Shown here: positions 1 through 11,155 of the stretch, in pieces | Numbering within the stretch: position 1 is the stretch's first letter | Layout: each line of letters starts with the position of its first letter | From: an uncultured Phycisphaerales bacterium | GTDB lineage: Bacteria > Planctomycetota > Phycisphaerae > Tepidisphaerales > Tepidisphaeraceae | Direction of reading: 5' to 3' | DNA length: 64,000 bases | Assembly (NCBI GenBank): GCA_963755915.1 | Contig: CAVWLP010000002.1 | Location: 4,000,001-4,064,000, forward strand | Notes under the pieces: model-generated | Database searches by the model: none | Told to the model about the DNA's origin: nothing | The model's input: only the letters and a program-made list of their open reading frames with translations | Position numbers and translations under genes: made by a program

Positions 1-163
1 TGTTTTGGGTGGTATTTCGCGCCGTGATATCTATTTATTTTTCACGCAACTGACAAAAGCATTTGGGTGACTTAGCGAACGTCTAGGCCCTATGCGACAA
101 TGTCTAACAAGAGATAGGTGACTGTCCAGGATAGCTCAATTTGGATCGAAGGATGGACCCCTC

Positions 164-604
164 ATGGCGATCGATACGTCCGGTGATTGGTGGGTCGGAA
201 GCGACGCTGAGGACATTGCCGGCTTCCTGGAAAACTATTCTGCCGACACCTACAAGATAGACGAATTCCGTCTTGCCAGGTGCCGATGTTGCTCGGTGAA
301 CTTTCGTCTTGAGGCGGATGACAACGAAGGTGTGGCCCGGCGAACCTGCTTGCAGTGCGGCCGACAGAATTTTATCTGCGATAGCGGCGAGTATTGGGAA
401 GACGCTGAGCCAGAGGTCTGCCGTTGTGTGAAGTGTGATTCCGATCGGTTCAACATCGGAATTGGCTTTTCGCTTTACGAAAATAAGCAGGCGATCAAAT
501 GGCTATACGTCGGAGTTCGCTGCGCGATGTGCGGTGTTTTGGGCTGCTTTGCTGGCTGGAAAATAGGTTACGAGCCATCGCTGCAACTGATGGATCAGGT
601 TTAG
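164..604 (+). CDS. Cys-rich hypothetical protein, probable Zn-ribbon pair
   Basis: 146-aa ORF with CRC, CLQC, CVKC and CAMC motifs; GGA-containing SD-like sequence upstream. Confidence 0.7.
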   Translation: MAIDTSGDWWVGSDAEDIAGFLENYSADTYKIDEFRLARCRCCSVNFRLEADDNEGVARRTCLQCGRQNFICDSGEYWEDAEPEVCRCVKCDSDRFNIGIGFSLYENKQAIKWLYVGVRCAMCGVLGCFAGWKIGYEPSLQLMDQV

Positions 605-702
605 CGGCTTTCAAGCACAAAACAGCGTGAAAATCCACAGAAATGGGTCAGTTCGGTGCCTTTGGCCTTGGACGGTTAGGGGAAAAGGAGAGGGAGTGGG
701 GG

Positions 703-758
703 TGCGGGGGCGAGGGAGAAACTGTTGGGGCATTATCTGGTTCTCCCTCGCCCCCGCA
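703..758. repeat. Perfect 18-bp inverted repeat (hairpin) between convergent genes
   Basis: tgcgggggcgagggagaa (703-720) and ttctccctcgcccccgca (741-758), 20-nt loop. Confidence 0.75.
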
Positions 759-1000
759 TTGCATTTGCGTTTTGCATTCAAAAAAAGCGGCCATTTTGTC
801 CACGAAAACAAAAAGTGTCGGGTGGTCATGTATTCCGGCGGGGGGTTGGGGGAGGGGGTTTTCGTCTTAGGGTAACAGAAAATCCCGTTGCTTTGTATGT
901 GTGCCCCAACTCTGTAAACACCAGCGCACTCGAGGCTATGTAGTCTACTACGCCATTTCCATCCACTGTTTCCCAGAGACACAATTGGATGCAAAATGCT

Positions 1001-2857
1001 CTAATGCTTCTCGCGTGGCCCCTCGGCGGTGACATGCTGGAGCAGAAATGTCGTGACCGACTGAGCCGGAACCGTTGAAATGAATTGCCGGCCAGTCACG
1101 TCGATCGGGCTGATCTGCTTCAGACTCTCGCTCGCAGACGTGCGATAACATTGCACGGTATCCCCCACGGCCGAAAATCCACGCAGGTCAAAGGTTACTG
1201 TGAAATCGGCCACATTGTCGTTGACAGTGACGATCGCCAGACTACCCGTTAGAGGGTCATACCCCGCGATGGAGTTGGCATCGCCACAATCAACGATTTC
1301 ACACCCCGGACGAAGGAACCTGGTGAACTGGCCAATTGCGTAAAACTTCCGGTTGATCGTGTAACTGAAGTCCCCTTTTTCGTCCAATGGGTTATAGAGC
1401 ATTCCCCAACCGCCGGCGTAGTCCACCACCTGCCAATAGCACCACGCGAGGGGACGCAACCACCTCAGATCGTCGCGAATGCGGCGGGCGGTTCGCATGC
1501 CGGTCGCGTCGTCGTCCCCGTATTCCGTGTGCCAAAGCGGCTTGCCAAGCGAGCCCGCAAGGGTGTTCAGTTCGACCCCATCATTGGCCCAGTAAGTGTG
1601 GGTTGAGATTTGTCCGACATTGTTGCGTGTGCCCTGCGCAAACGAGTTAAGAGTATTGACTCCCGATCGCTCGTCCCAATCTTCCGGGGCATCGATGGCA
1701 AGCTTGAGACCGCGGCGATCCAATTCAGTCCGAAGCAGGTTAATCACCCGCTCCTGCTGATCCACGCTCATATGGCACCCCTCCGAAATCCGCCCGAAAT
1801 TCCACCACCCTCCGGCCGGCTCGTTCATCGGGGCAATCGAATGAAATGTGACACCATCCAATCGGCCGATATTGCTGACTGCCTCCGCAAGATAGATCGC
1901 GTAGTCTTTTTCGCAATCGACTAGCAGGTTGTTACCACCGCCCTTCGCCCCCGTCACGCTGCCGCTCACCGTCATCCAGTAGGGCGGCGAATTGGCAAAA
2001 GCTTCTACCCGGTTAACGCCGCGGGCGATCGCGGCTTTGAGCATCCAGCGCTGATTTAGGTCCGCATCCCATGTCCACATGCCGCGACGCGGCTCAAATC
2101 CCGGCATTCTCGCTCTGAACTCCAGCGTACCTGGGCCTTGCGGATTCTCGCCGCCACCTATGTTGTAGCGAACGATGTTCAATTTCAGAAAGTTAAACGC
2201 GAGATTCGCATAGGCGTCTCGGTTGGGGTACCTCGCCACAACATTCGCCCACCAGCAAAGCGATGTACCCCAGCCTTGAAAACCCTCCACCAGAATATCC
2301 GTGGGATCAACACGGGCAACATAATCCAGCGGCGTTAAGAAGTTGCCAACCCAGGCACTTCCATTCCAACGGCCGCCGTAGGCATTGAGGGCAATCGCCA
2401 CATTTTTCGAAAACTCCGCAACATTGTAATCCACCACGCATAGTGCGCCGCTTATCGTGAATCGCAGGGTGATTTGTAAATTCCGAATCGGCCGCGAGCC
2501 GGATTTCCTTATGACCAAAATCGCCGGCCCCTCCTTACGCTCCCCCATCTGGACGAGCCTTGCTCGCCTCACCGGACCATCTCCGCTGGCATCGGAGATA
2601 GTCAGAACGTCTGTCATCGATGCGTCAAATGTGCCGTGATTTATCGAAGCAGCGTAGGGCGCATCGTTAACCATGAAATTCAGGGCGACCTGAAAATCTG
2701 ATATGGTCCGGTTGTCAGTATCAACGATAGTGAGGCTCTGGGCCGGGAGGCTGGACACGCGCGAGGCAAAGCAGAGGATCGCCAAAACTCCACTGACCCA
2801 TGACAATCCAAGCACATTGCTTGATCTTGTCGCTTGGGGTTGAACCTTCAGATTCAA
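1001..2857 (-). CDS. Secreted GH30 glycoside hydrolase (GH30_5-like endo-beta-1,6-galactanase) with extra N-terminal domain
   Basis: Signal-peptide-like N-terminus; GWGTSLCWWAN, RYNIGGG, FANSPPYWMT, PMNEP and LWHTEYG motifs; C-terminal beta-sandwich. Confidence 0.8.
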   Translation of the reverse strand: MNLKVQPQATRSSNVLGLSWVSGVLAILCFASRVSSLPAQSLTIVDTDNRTISDFQVALNFMVNDAPYAASINHGTFDASMTDVLTISDASGDGPVRRARLVQMGERKEGPAILVIRKSGSRPIRNLQITLRFTISGALCVVDYNVAEFSKNVAIALNAYGGRWNGSAWVGNFLTPLDYVARVDPTDILVEGFQGWGTSLCWWANVVARYPNRDAYANLAFNFLKLNIVRYNIGGGENPQGPGTLEFRARMPGFEPRRGMWTWDADLNQRWMLKAAIARGVNRVEAFANSPPYWMTVSGSVTGAKGGGNNLLVDCEKDYAIYLAEAVSNIGRLDGVTFHSIAPMNEPAGGWWNFGRISEGCHMSVDQQERVINLLRTELDRRGLKLAIDAPEDWDERSGVNTLNSFAQGTRNNVGQISTHTYWANDGVELNTLAGSLGKPLWHTEYGDDDATGMRTARRIRDDLRWLRPLAWCYWQVVDYAGGWGMLYNPLDEKGDFSYTINRKFYAIGQFTRFLRPGCEIVDCGDANSIAGYDPLTGSLAIVTVNDNVADFTVTFDLRGFSAVGDTVQCYRTSASESLKQISPIDVTGRQFISTVPAQSVTTFLLQHVTAEGPREKH

Positions 2858-3010
2858 TTGAGATTCCCCGTCTTAGTTCTTGTCATCGACCAGTGTGCGC
2901 CGCGTAGCTATTTTTCTTCTTGCTTCATAGCTTTGCAAGTGTGTTCCAGATCGGGGAGCAAATAAACTTGAAGGGGATCAGCCCAAAATGTCTTCCCCCG
3001 CACAAAAATC

Positions 3011-4060
3011 TCACGCCACCAGCACCGATCCAATTTCTCCGGATGCACCGCATGCCCCATCGCCGTCTCCCGGCTGATATACCCATTGCGGCAAAGCTGC
3101 TGAATCGAAAAATCCAGCGACTGCATCCCAATCGCCCGGCTCGTCTCAATCACATTCGGAATCTCAAAGAGCCGATTCTCCCGAATGCAGCTCTTCACCG
3201 GCTGATTGCAGATCATGATCTCCGCCGCCGGGATCATCCCCGGCTCGTCACACCGAGGCAGCAGCGATTGGCTCACCACCGCCTGAAGCGTGCTGGCCAG
3301 CATCGAGCGAATCTGGTTCTGCTGCGTCGTCGGATAAATATCGATGATCCGCTCAATCGTCTGCGGCGCATTGTTGGTGTGCAGCGTGCTTAAAACCAGG
3401 TGCCCCGTTTCCGCGGCCGTGATCGCTGCGCTGGTCGTCTCCAGGTCGCGCATTTCTCCGAGCAGGATCACATCCGGATCCTGCCGCAGAACGTGCCGCA
3501 ATCCCGACGCAAAATCGAGCACATCCGACCCCACTTCCCGCTGCTCGATCGCGCAGTTGTTGCTCGCAAGGACATACTCGATTGGGTCTTCAAGCGTCAC
3601 GATATGCCCGCGCTCCGCCGATTGATCTCGTCGATCATCGCCGCCAGCGTTGTGCTCTTCCCGCTCCCCGTCGGCCCGGTCACCAGCACCAGCCCCCGCG
3701 GCAGCGTCGTCAGCTTGGTCACAATCTCCGGAAGGAACAGCTCCGACAATGGCCGAAGCCGATTCGAAATCGTCCGGATCGACAGGGCAATCGTCTGCCG
3801 TTGAAAGTGGGCGTTAATGCGAAACCGCGCCAGCCCCGGAATCTCATACGAAAAATCCGCGTCCCGCTTTTCGGTGAAATCGCACCACCGCTTCTGCACG
3901 AGCAGGGTCTTGGCGATGTCAAAGCAATCCTGCGCACTCAGCGACGGAAAATCCGCCGCCTGCATGACCGTGTTGATCCGCAGCATCGGCGGCGCCCCGG
4001 CATTCAGATGCACATCCAAAGCGCCGCGCTCACGGCCTGGTGAAGAATTTGATCGAGCAT
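3011..4060 (-). CDS. pilT: Type IV pilus twitching-motility ATPase PilT (frameshifted near 4025, 3600 and 3025)
   Basis: [20 protein letters not shown], Walker [47 protein letters not shown] across ORFs 3597-4019 and 2908-3600. Likely true stop at 3011-3013. Confidence 0.9.
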
Positions 4061-4132
4061 GGAACTATTGCACCAGTGGCGATACGGCGTACTGTAATTA
4101 TCGGCGCAAACCCGCCGCCTGCTGAGCGCCGA

Positions 4133-5227
4133 TCATTCTTCCGTTTCCTCCCGCCCCATGCTCAGCCCGATCGCCGCCGCCCAAGCCGGCTGTGGATAGC
4201 GCCGGTCGATCGCCGACTCAATGTCGATCCGGCTTCTCCGCGCCATCCGGCAGAGCGAATCCCCCGTTTGGCCCGGTAATTTCAGCGTCTGCGCGATGTA
4301 TTTGCACAGCGATTCCTGCCGCGCCTCCCCCCCGATAAAAATCACCCGGTGCACCGCAAGATGCGGAAAAGCAAGTTCATGCTCTCGGCGGCAGGCGTCG
4401 AGCTGTTTGATCAGTTCATCCGCCGCGCCGCGGCAGGCGTTATTCACCTGGCTCCCATCCGAAGCCGAGCCCGCCGCCAGCTTGATCCGCAGCGTGCGCG
4501 CATCGTGCAGGCTGATCGACAGTGCATCGGCGACCGCGCGCGTCATGTCATCCCCCCCGATGGTCAGATTTCGCGCGAAAAGCAGATGGGTGTTTTGCGC
4601 GATAAACGCCCGGCTGCCGCTGCTGCCGATGTCCACGTACATCCGCACCGACTGCTGCTCGGCCGTCCGCCGATAAACATTCGAAAAACAGTCCAGCAGC
4701 GCCGGCGGCTGCATGTTGAGCCCCACGATATAAAGCCCCGCCTTGCCCGCCGCGGTGATGTACCGGTTGACCCAGCGCGTGTCCGCCGACATGACGATCA
4801 CATGCAGTCGCGGGTCTTCGCTCTCGCGCGTCTGCCCCGCAACCGTGTGGCGAAAGAGCGCATGCTCGGCATCGAACGGAATCTTCTGCTTGGCGCATTC
4901 GATGACCGCGTCCTTCAGCAGCTTTTGATCCATGGGGTCGAGCGTCAGATGCTGCGTATGCACGACTGACGGCGGAAGCCCCAAAACCGCGCGATCGGGC
5001 GCGGAACTTTCCGGTGTGAAGAAGATGCGGAATCGCATGGGAAAAAAATTCGAAGCGGGCTTCGGCGTCGTCGCGGACGTTATCGGGAATTTCCGCGCTG
5101 GCGGCGGCGAAAAGCTTGTAATCGCCGTCTTCCGTCTGCACCTGCGCAAGGCGCAGCGCGTGGGTCCCGAAATCGACGCCGATTGGATGCGCCCGGGCGC
5201 GAATAAATTCTGGATCAGTCCGAACAT
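4133..5227 (-). CDS. pilM: Type IV pilus assembly protein PilM-like (actin-like ATPase; frameshifted)
   Basis: PIGVDFGTHALRLAQ in one frame; VDIGSSGS, RNLTIGGDDMT, IFIGGEA and WAAAIGLSM in ORF 4133-5275. Confidence 0.8.
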   Translation of the reverse strand: MFGLIQNLFAPGRIQSASISGPTRCALRRCRRKTAITSFSPPPARKFPITSATTPKPASNFFPMRFRIFFTPESSAPDRAVLGLPPSVVHTQHLTLDPMDQKLLKDAVIECAKQKIPFDAEHALFRHTVAGQTRESEDPRLHVIVMSADTRWVNRYITAAGKAGLYIVGLNMQPPALLDCFSNVYRRTAEQQSVRMYVDIGSSGSRAFIAQNTHLLFARNLTIGGDDMTRAVADALSISLHDARTLRIKLAAGSASDGSQVNNACRGAADELIKQLDACRREHELAFPHLAVHRVIFIGGEARQESLCKYIAQTLKLPGQTGDSLCRMARRSRIDIESAIDRRYPQPAWAAAIGLSMGREETEE

Positions 5228-5314
5228 CTTTTGGGGAGCGGCGGGTAAACGCAATTCGCCACAACTCCCACGCAACTGCTATCGACGGTTGCTCGGCGGG
5301 CGGTAAGTCGCTAA

Positions 5315-6510
5315 CTAGTCGCCCGCGACGGCGAGAAACTCCGCGGCCACGGAATCGGCGACGGATAACCCACGATCCGATAATCGAATCGAGGTTTCCG
5401 TGACGTTTACAAGGCCCAGGGGGGCAAGCCGATCGATCGCCTCGGCAAAGAGCGCAGGCGCCGCATGGCCCACACGCCCGGCAAAGGCCGCGCAATCGAT
5501 ACCGTTTGACAAACGCAGCATCAGCATCGCCAGCTCCCCGGCGGCTGGCGGGGGGTGAGGGTTTCAATGTCGGTTGCGGGAAGTTGTTCGGCGTCAACCG
5601 CGGTTTCCCATTCGCCCAGGTGGGGGCGGTTTCGCCAGCGCGTGCCCTGGACGTGAGAGGCGCCGGAAGGCCCCAGGGCCAGGTAATCGCCGCCCATCCA
5701 GTAATGGAGATTGTGCCGGCACTCCTGCCCCGGCCGGGAATAGTTGCTGATCTCGTAAGCCTGCAATCCGGCGGCGGCAAGTCGCGATCGCGTATTTTGC
5801 AGCATCTCAATTTCCAGATCGGGATCGATGGCGGATACGAGCCCGAGCCGGCGGCGAACGCCCAGCGGAGTGTTCGGCTCGAACGTGAGGCCGTAGCAGG
5901 AGAGATGATCGGTCCCCAGGGCGATCGCCGATTCAAGCGATTTCAGCCAGCGCGGAAGGGTCTGGCCGGGAATCGCGTAAATGAGATCCAGATTGATCCG
6001 GCGAAAGCCGGCGGATCTCAGCAGCTCCAGCGAGCGCGGGACATCATCGGGATCGTGATGGCGCTCCAGCAGAGAAAGCTCGGCTGGGTCGAAGCTTTGC
6101 GCACCCAGGCTCGTTCGATTCACGCCCTCATCCAGCAACATTCGGCAGAATTCATCCGAAAGGGTTGCGGGGTTGGCTTCGACAGTCCATTCGGCGCACT
6201 GCGAAAAATCGAAACGCGTTCGCAGTCCGCGGATCAGGCGGCGCATTTCGTTGGTCGGCAAAAGCGAAGGCGTGCCACCGCCGAAAAATACGGTACGCGG
6301 CTGGAGTTTGGGAGGAGCGAGTGTCCAGAAATTGGACTCTCGAAGGATCAGATCGACGAATCGGGACATTCGCTGCGGGGTCTGCCGCGTGATGGAATAG
6401 AAATCGCAATAGTGGCACTTGTGGAAACAGAAGGGGATATGCACATAAAGGGCGGGGATGGTGATCGGCGGGAAGGATGAGGGTTGCAGGTCTGGGGGCA
6501 TTCTATTCAA
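5315..6510 (-). CDS. hemW: Radical SAM heme chaperone HemW (HemN-like; frameshift near 5530)
   Basis: LYVHIPFCFHKCHYCDF, FFGGGTPS, YEISNY, CRHNLHYW; HemN C-terminal part in ORF 5315-5527. Confidence 0.9.
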
Positions 6511-6596
6511 GAATAATTACTCAAAAGTCGGGCTTGCGGCGCGGCCTTGAACCACTGGATGGCGATGCTATCATCGAAGGTGCGGTCTCGATATAC

Positions 6597-6670
6597 GGTG
6601 GTCGTAGCTCAGTTGGCAGAGCACAAGGTTGTGGTCCTTGGGGTCGCGGGTTCGAGCCCCGTCGATCACC
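6597..6670 (+). tRNA. tRNA-His (GTG) with encoded G-1; CCA not encoded
   Basis: Acceptor GTGGTCG/CGATCAC with G-1:C73, D arm agctcagttggcagagc, anticodon arm CAAGG-TTGTGGT-CCTTG, T arm gcgggttcgagccccgt. Confidence 0.95.
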
Positions 6671-6868
6671 CGTTTTAAATAACGCCAGACGTTGAAGTAA
6701 CAAAGCTGGCACGCGTGGCATAGAGCTTCCTAAGACGCCAGGAAAAACGGAATCTCCCGTTTTTGCACTTTTCGGAGGCTTGGCCATGCCCAAACTCGTC
6801 TGAAACGCAATTCCTTCTTATCGCCTCCACAAATTAAGTGGGAGAATCCAAACGACATTTGGTAGAAG

Positions 6869-7600
6869 GTGACGCGGCGGAAATCAATTATGAAACAGAA
6901 GAAATCACCGAAAGGTGGTGCCAGTCGAATTTCATCGCAGCTTTGGCGCGATGACGTCGAGCTATTTCAGCTCGTCGGCAGAGAATTATATACGCCGGTG
7001 GTGGGGGACATTCTCGACGGGCTGAAATATTACCATCAATTCCTGCCACAGCCGGTGCAGCCGATTCGTGAGGGGATGGTTGTGGTGGGGCGGGCGATGC
7101 CGGTGTTAATGATCGACGTTCATGGCCCGCAGAAAAAGCCCTTTGGTCTGATGACGCAAGCACTTGACGATCTGAAACCGGGCGAAGTCTACATCGCGGG
7201 GGGTGGCGACATGCGTTGTGCCTACTGGGGCGAATTGCTGACGGCGACGGCACGCACGCGCGGCGCAGTGGGCGCCGTGTTGGATGGTTTTCATCGGGAT
7301 ACGCCCCAGGTGCTTGGACAAAAATGGCCGGTGTTCAGCCGGGGACGGTATGCCCAGGATTCGTCGGTTCGGACGGCGGTGGCGGATTTTCGCTGTTCGA
7401 TCGAGATCGGCGGCGTCTGGATCGAGCCGGGGGATCTGGTGTTCGGCGATCTGGATGGGGTGGTGACGATTCCACGAGCGGTTGAAAAGGAGGTCATCAC
7501 CAGGGCGCTGGAAAAAGCGCGGGGCGAAAAAGTTGTCCGCAAAGCGATCGAAGGTGGGATGACCGCCACCGCGGCATTCAGGAAGTTTGGGATTCTTTGA
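6869..7600 (+). CDS. RraA/HMG-aldolase family protein
   Basis: [41 protein letters not shown]. Confidence 0.85.
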   Translation: MTRRKSIMKQKKSPKGGASRISSQLWRDDVELFQLVGRELYTPVVGDILDGLKYYHQFLPQPVQPIREGMVVVGRAMPVLMIDVHGPQKKPFGLMTQALDDLKPGEVYIAGGGDMRCAYWGELLTATARTRGAVGAVLDGFHRDTPQVLGQKWPVFSRGRYAQDSSVRTAVADFRCSIEIGGVWIEPGDLVFGDLDGVVTIPRAVEKEVITRALEKARGEKVVRKAIEGGMTATAAFRKFGIL

Positions 7601-7612
7601 ACGGAAGGGCCG

Positions 7613-8740
7613 ATGAAAATCACCCGCTTTGAAACCTGGCGATGTCAGCGTAAGGAATCGTTGTTTGATTCAGCGCGGACGGGACGAAGCCCAATGAATT
7701 GGGACGTGGTGGTTTTGCAATTGAAAACGGATACGGGACTGATCGGCCACGCGACGGCGCTGGGGGCGCGCTCGAGCGTGGTAACGCAGGCATATCTTCA
7801 CGAGACGATCGCGCCGGTGGTGATGGGGCGTTCGCCGACAGAGCGCGAGGCGATTTGGCACGAGCTGTGGACGATCGACCGGCATCTGACCTTCTTCCCG
7901 GTTTATCTGCCGGGACCGGTCGATGTGGCATTGTGGGATATCGCGGCCAAGGATGCGGGATTGCCGCTCTATCAGTTCATCGGGGAATGCCGGACGAGCC
8001 TGCCGACGTACGCCAGCAGTTTGTTCATGCCTAGGACCGAGGATTATGTGAAGGAGATGCGAGCTTATCGGGAGCGTGGTTTCCCGGCATACAAGACGCA
8101 TCCCCCGGGTCCGTGGCGGAAAGACATGGAGATTCATCGCGCGCTGCGTGAAGCCTCGGGCGCCGATTATGTGCTGATGTCTGATCCGGTGGGGGAGTAT
8201 TCGCTGGAGGAAGCGATCCGCGTGGGGCGCGATCTGGAGAAGCTCGATTATCTCTGGTTTGAAGAACCCTTTCGCGATTTCGAATTGGCGAAATATGCCA
8301 AGCTTTGCGCGGCGCTCGATATTCCGATCGCGGGAACGGAAACGACGCGCGGGGGGCCGTGGGGCGTCGCGCAGGCCATTGCTTTCAACGCGGTCGATAT
8401 CGTTCGCGCGGATGTTTCGTGGAAGCCGGGCGTGACCGGCGCTTTGAAGATCGCCCATCTGGCCGAGGCAAACGGGATGCGCTGCGAGATCCATTGCACG
8501 ACGATGGGTTTCATGGACATGGCGAATTTGCACGTCAGTTGCGCGATCAAGAATTGCGAATATTTCGAGTTGCTGGTGCCGGAAGAACCGTTTCGGTTTC
8601 CGATGAAGGACAAATATCCGATTGACGCCGCCGGGATGGCGCATGTCCCGCAAAAACCTGGAATTGGCGTAGAACTGGACTGGGATGCGATCGATAAGAC
8701 CTGTGTTGAACATAAGGTCACTGAGCTGAAGTCAGTGTAA
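7613..8740 (+). CDS. Enolase superfamily (mandelate racemase-like) acid-sugar dehydratase
   Basis: VDVALWDIAAK, YKTH, MSD, WFEEP, AGTE, CEIH, PGIGVELD. Confidence 0.85.
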   Translation: MKITRFETWRCQRKESLFDSARTGRSPMNWDVVVLQLKTDTGLIGHATALGARSSVVTQAYLHETIAPVVMGRSPTEREAIWHELWTIDRHLTFFPVYLPGPVDVALWDIAAKDAGLPLYQFIGECRTSLPTYASSLFMPRTEDYVKEMRAYRERGFPAYKTHPPGPWRKDMEIHRALREASGADYVLMSDPVGEYSLEEAIRVGRDLEKLDYLWFEEPFRDFELAKYAKLCAALDIPIAGTETTRGGPWGVAQAIAFNAVDIVRADVSWKPGVTGALKIAHLAEANGMRCEIHCTTMGFMDMANLHVSCAIKNCEYFELLVPEEPFRFPMKDKYPIDAAGMAHVPQKPGIGVELDWDAIDKTCVEHKVTELKSV

Positions 8741-8768
8741 TCGCATATAGCCTGAAAAATGCGGAAGA

Positions 8769-8808
8769 CCCCCACCCTAACCCTCCCCCGGAGTACCAGG
8801 GGAGGGGA
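8769..8808. repeat. Palindromic REP-like element, family E (CCCTCACCC..CCCTCTCCC..GGGAGAGGG type)
   Basis: cccccaccctaaccctcccccggagtaccaggggagggga; related copies at 27358, 34813 and 42331. Confidence 0.75.
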
Positions 8809-8841
8809 AAAAGGGTGAGACGCGATTGACTTGGAGATGAA

Positions 8842-9168
8842 ATGAAGCCGCGCTGTTTTCAAATCCATGAGCGGGACAATGTTGCTACAATGATTGGGGA
8901 TGCCATGAATGGCGCGATCGAAGTGATTGGCAAAGACGCCGGAGAGATTGTTGCGGTGGAAAGAATTGCATCCGGGCAGAAGATCGCGCTGCGCGACATC
9001 GCCAAGGACGAGGCGATCGTGAAATTCGGCGTGCGCATCGGTCATGCGACAGCGCCCATCCGCCGTGGGGCATGGGTGCATTTGCACAACCTGGCCAGCG
9101 ATATTGACGAACGTTCCGGGACGCTGGATCTGCATTCCGGAGCGCCAACAGACACGCGATATGAATGA
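8842..9168 (+). CDS. SAF-domain small subunit of UxaA/GarD-type dehydratase
   Basis: [37 protein letters not shown]. Confidence 0.85.
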   Translation: MKPRCFQIHERDNVATMIGDAMNGAIEVIGKDAGEIVAVERIASGQKIALRDIAKDEAIVKFGVRIGHATAPIRRGAWVHLHNLASDIDERSGTLDLHSGAPTDTRYE

Positions 9169-10367
9169 AGCGGTTTCAGTCTGGGAGGGATATGCACGGG
9201 CCGACGGCCGCAAGGGCATTCGCAACCTCGTGCTGATCGTTTACACGGTGGAGTGCGCAGTTTGTGGCCCATGCGATCGCGCAGGGGGAGAGCGACGTGC
9301 ACGTGATCGGGTTTTCGGGTTGCTACGACAATCAGTATGCGATTCGTCTGCTGCTTGCACTGGCGCGGCATCCAAATGTGGGGGCGGTTCTGTCGGTGGG
9401 GCTGGGATGTGAATACACGCAGCCGGAAAAGATCGCCGGGACGGTTCTCGAATCCGGCCGGCCAGCGGAGTGGTTCTTTATTCAAGAGGCGGGGGGGACG
9501 ACGAAGAGCATTGAGCGCGGAAAACAGGCGCTGGCGCGGTTGCGAAATCAGATTGCCACTGTGAAACGCGTGCCGATGACGCTAAGCGATTTAACGGTGG
9601 GATGTGAATGCGGCGGATCGGATGCCACTTCGGGATTGGCCGGTAATCCGGTGGTCGGCGTGTTTTTTGACAAGCTCGTTGATGCGGGTGGACGGGCGGT
9701 GTTCGAAGAGATTGTGGAGATGATCGGATTACGCGATATCCTCGCGGTCCGCGCGGCCAGCGAAGAGGCCCGGGCGCAGTTGACGGCGGCGTATGACAAG
9801 GCGGTGGCCTATTGCCAATCGGTGCGGCAGTTTTCCGCGTCGCCGGGCAATTTCGCGGGGGGGCTGACGACCATCGAGGAAAAGAGCATGGGTGCGTTCG
9901 CCAAGAGCGGCAGCCGGCCGATCCAGGGGGTGATAAAGGTCGGCGAACCTCCGCGAGGGCCGGGTCTTTGGATTATGGACAGCGTGCCCGATCCGCATTT
10001 CATGCAGTTTGGATATACCAATCCGAATGACACGGAAGGGATCATGGACCTGATCTCGTCGGGGGCGCAGATTGTTTTGTTCGTTACCGGGCGGGGGAGC
10101 GTTATCGGGAGCCCGATTGCGCCGTTGATCAAAATTACCGGCAACGACCAAACCTATCGGCGGATGATCGAGGACATGGATTTCAACGCCGGGCCTGTGC
10201 TGAATGGCGAATCTTCGCTGGAGAAAGCGGGTGCGGATTTGCTGTCGTTGGTTACGCGGGTGGCCGCAGGGCAGCCGACCAAACCGGAATCGTTGGGGCA
10301 TCGTGAATATTTTGTGATGTATAAGCATCAGGACACGCCGTCTCTTTTGGCGGGTTGTCGCGCGTAG
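9161..10367 (+). CDS. UxaA/GarD family acid-sugar dehydratase large subunit (frameshift near 9263)
   Basis: [68 protein letters not shown]. Confidence 0.85.
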
Positions 10368-10386
10368 GGAGATCAACCATTTCCAT

Positions 10387-11155
10387 ATGAATCCAAGCAA
10401 AAGCAGCTTTCGACTGGACGGACAGACAGCGCTGATTACCGGCGGCGGGACGGGATTGGGACTGGGCATCGCGCCTGCCTTGCGGCGCGGGCGCCAAAGT
10501 CGTATTGGTGGGGCGCAGGGAAAAGGAATTAACGCAGGCGGCGTCGAGCATCGGGTCGCAGGCGGCGTTCGTGGCACATGACATCACGCAACTGAATCGT
10601 GCGGGTGAATTGATTTCAGCGGCTGAAGAGGCCGCGGGCGCACCCGTGAACATCCTCATCAACAATGCGGGCATTCATCTGAAGAAATCGGCGACTGAAA
10701 CCAAGCCCGACGAATTCCAGGCGATATTGACCACGCACGTATGTGCCGCCCAGGCGCTGGTGGCGGCGGCATTGCCGGGCATGCTGGAGCGCGGGGAGGG
10801 AAACATCCTGTTTACCGCTTCGATGTCGGCGCTGATCGGCATGCCTTTGCTGGTGGCCTATTCGGCGGCCAAGAGTGCGTACCTTGGGATGGTTCGGGCC
10901 CTGTCGACGGAAGTGGCGGGGCGGGGCGTGCGCGTGAACGCGATCGCACCCGGCTGGATTGAATCGGCGATGCTGCGGCAGGCGCTCAGCGGGGATGCGG
11001 CGCGGATGAATCGGATCCTGCAACGCACGCCGATGGGGCGATTCGGCGAGCCGGAAGATATCGGGAACGCCGCCGTTTTTCTCTGCTCTCCCGCGGCGAA
11101 GTTCATCACGGGGGTGCTGCTTCCGGTGGATGGGGGCGCTAGCGTCGGATTTTGA
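10387..11155 (+). CDS. SDR family oxidoreductase (gluconate 5-dehydrogenase-like; frameshift near 10475)
   Basis: [31 protein letters not shown]. Confidence 0.85.

Noticed and set aside
611-994. Short ORFs in the 605-1000 intergenic region
   Set aside because: No recognisable motifs; the region is occupied by inverted repeats and G-rich repeat remnants.
4191-4199. DnaA-box-like TGTGGATAG near the skew switch
   Set aside because: A single imperfect copy inside pilM coding sequence, with no cluster or AT-rich unwinding element.
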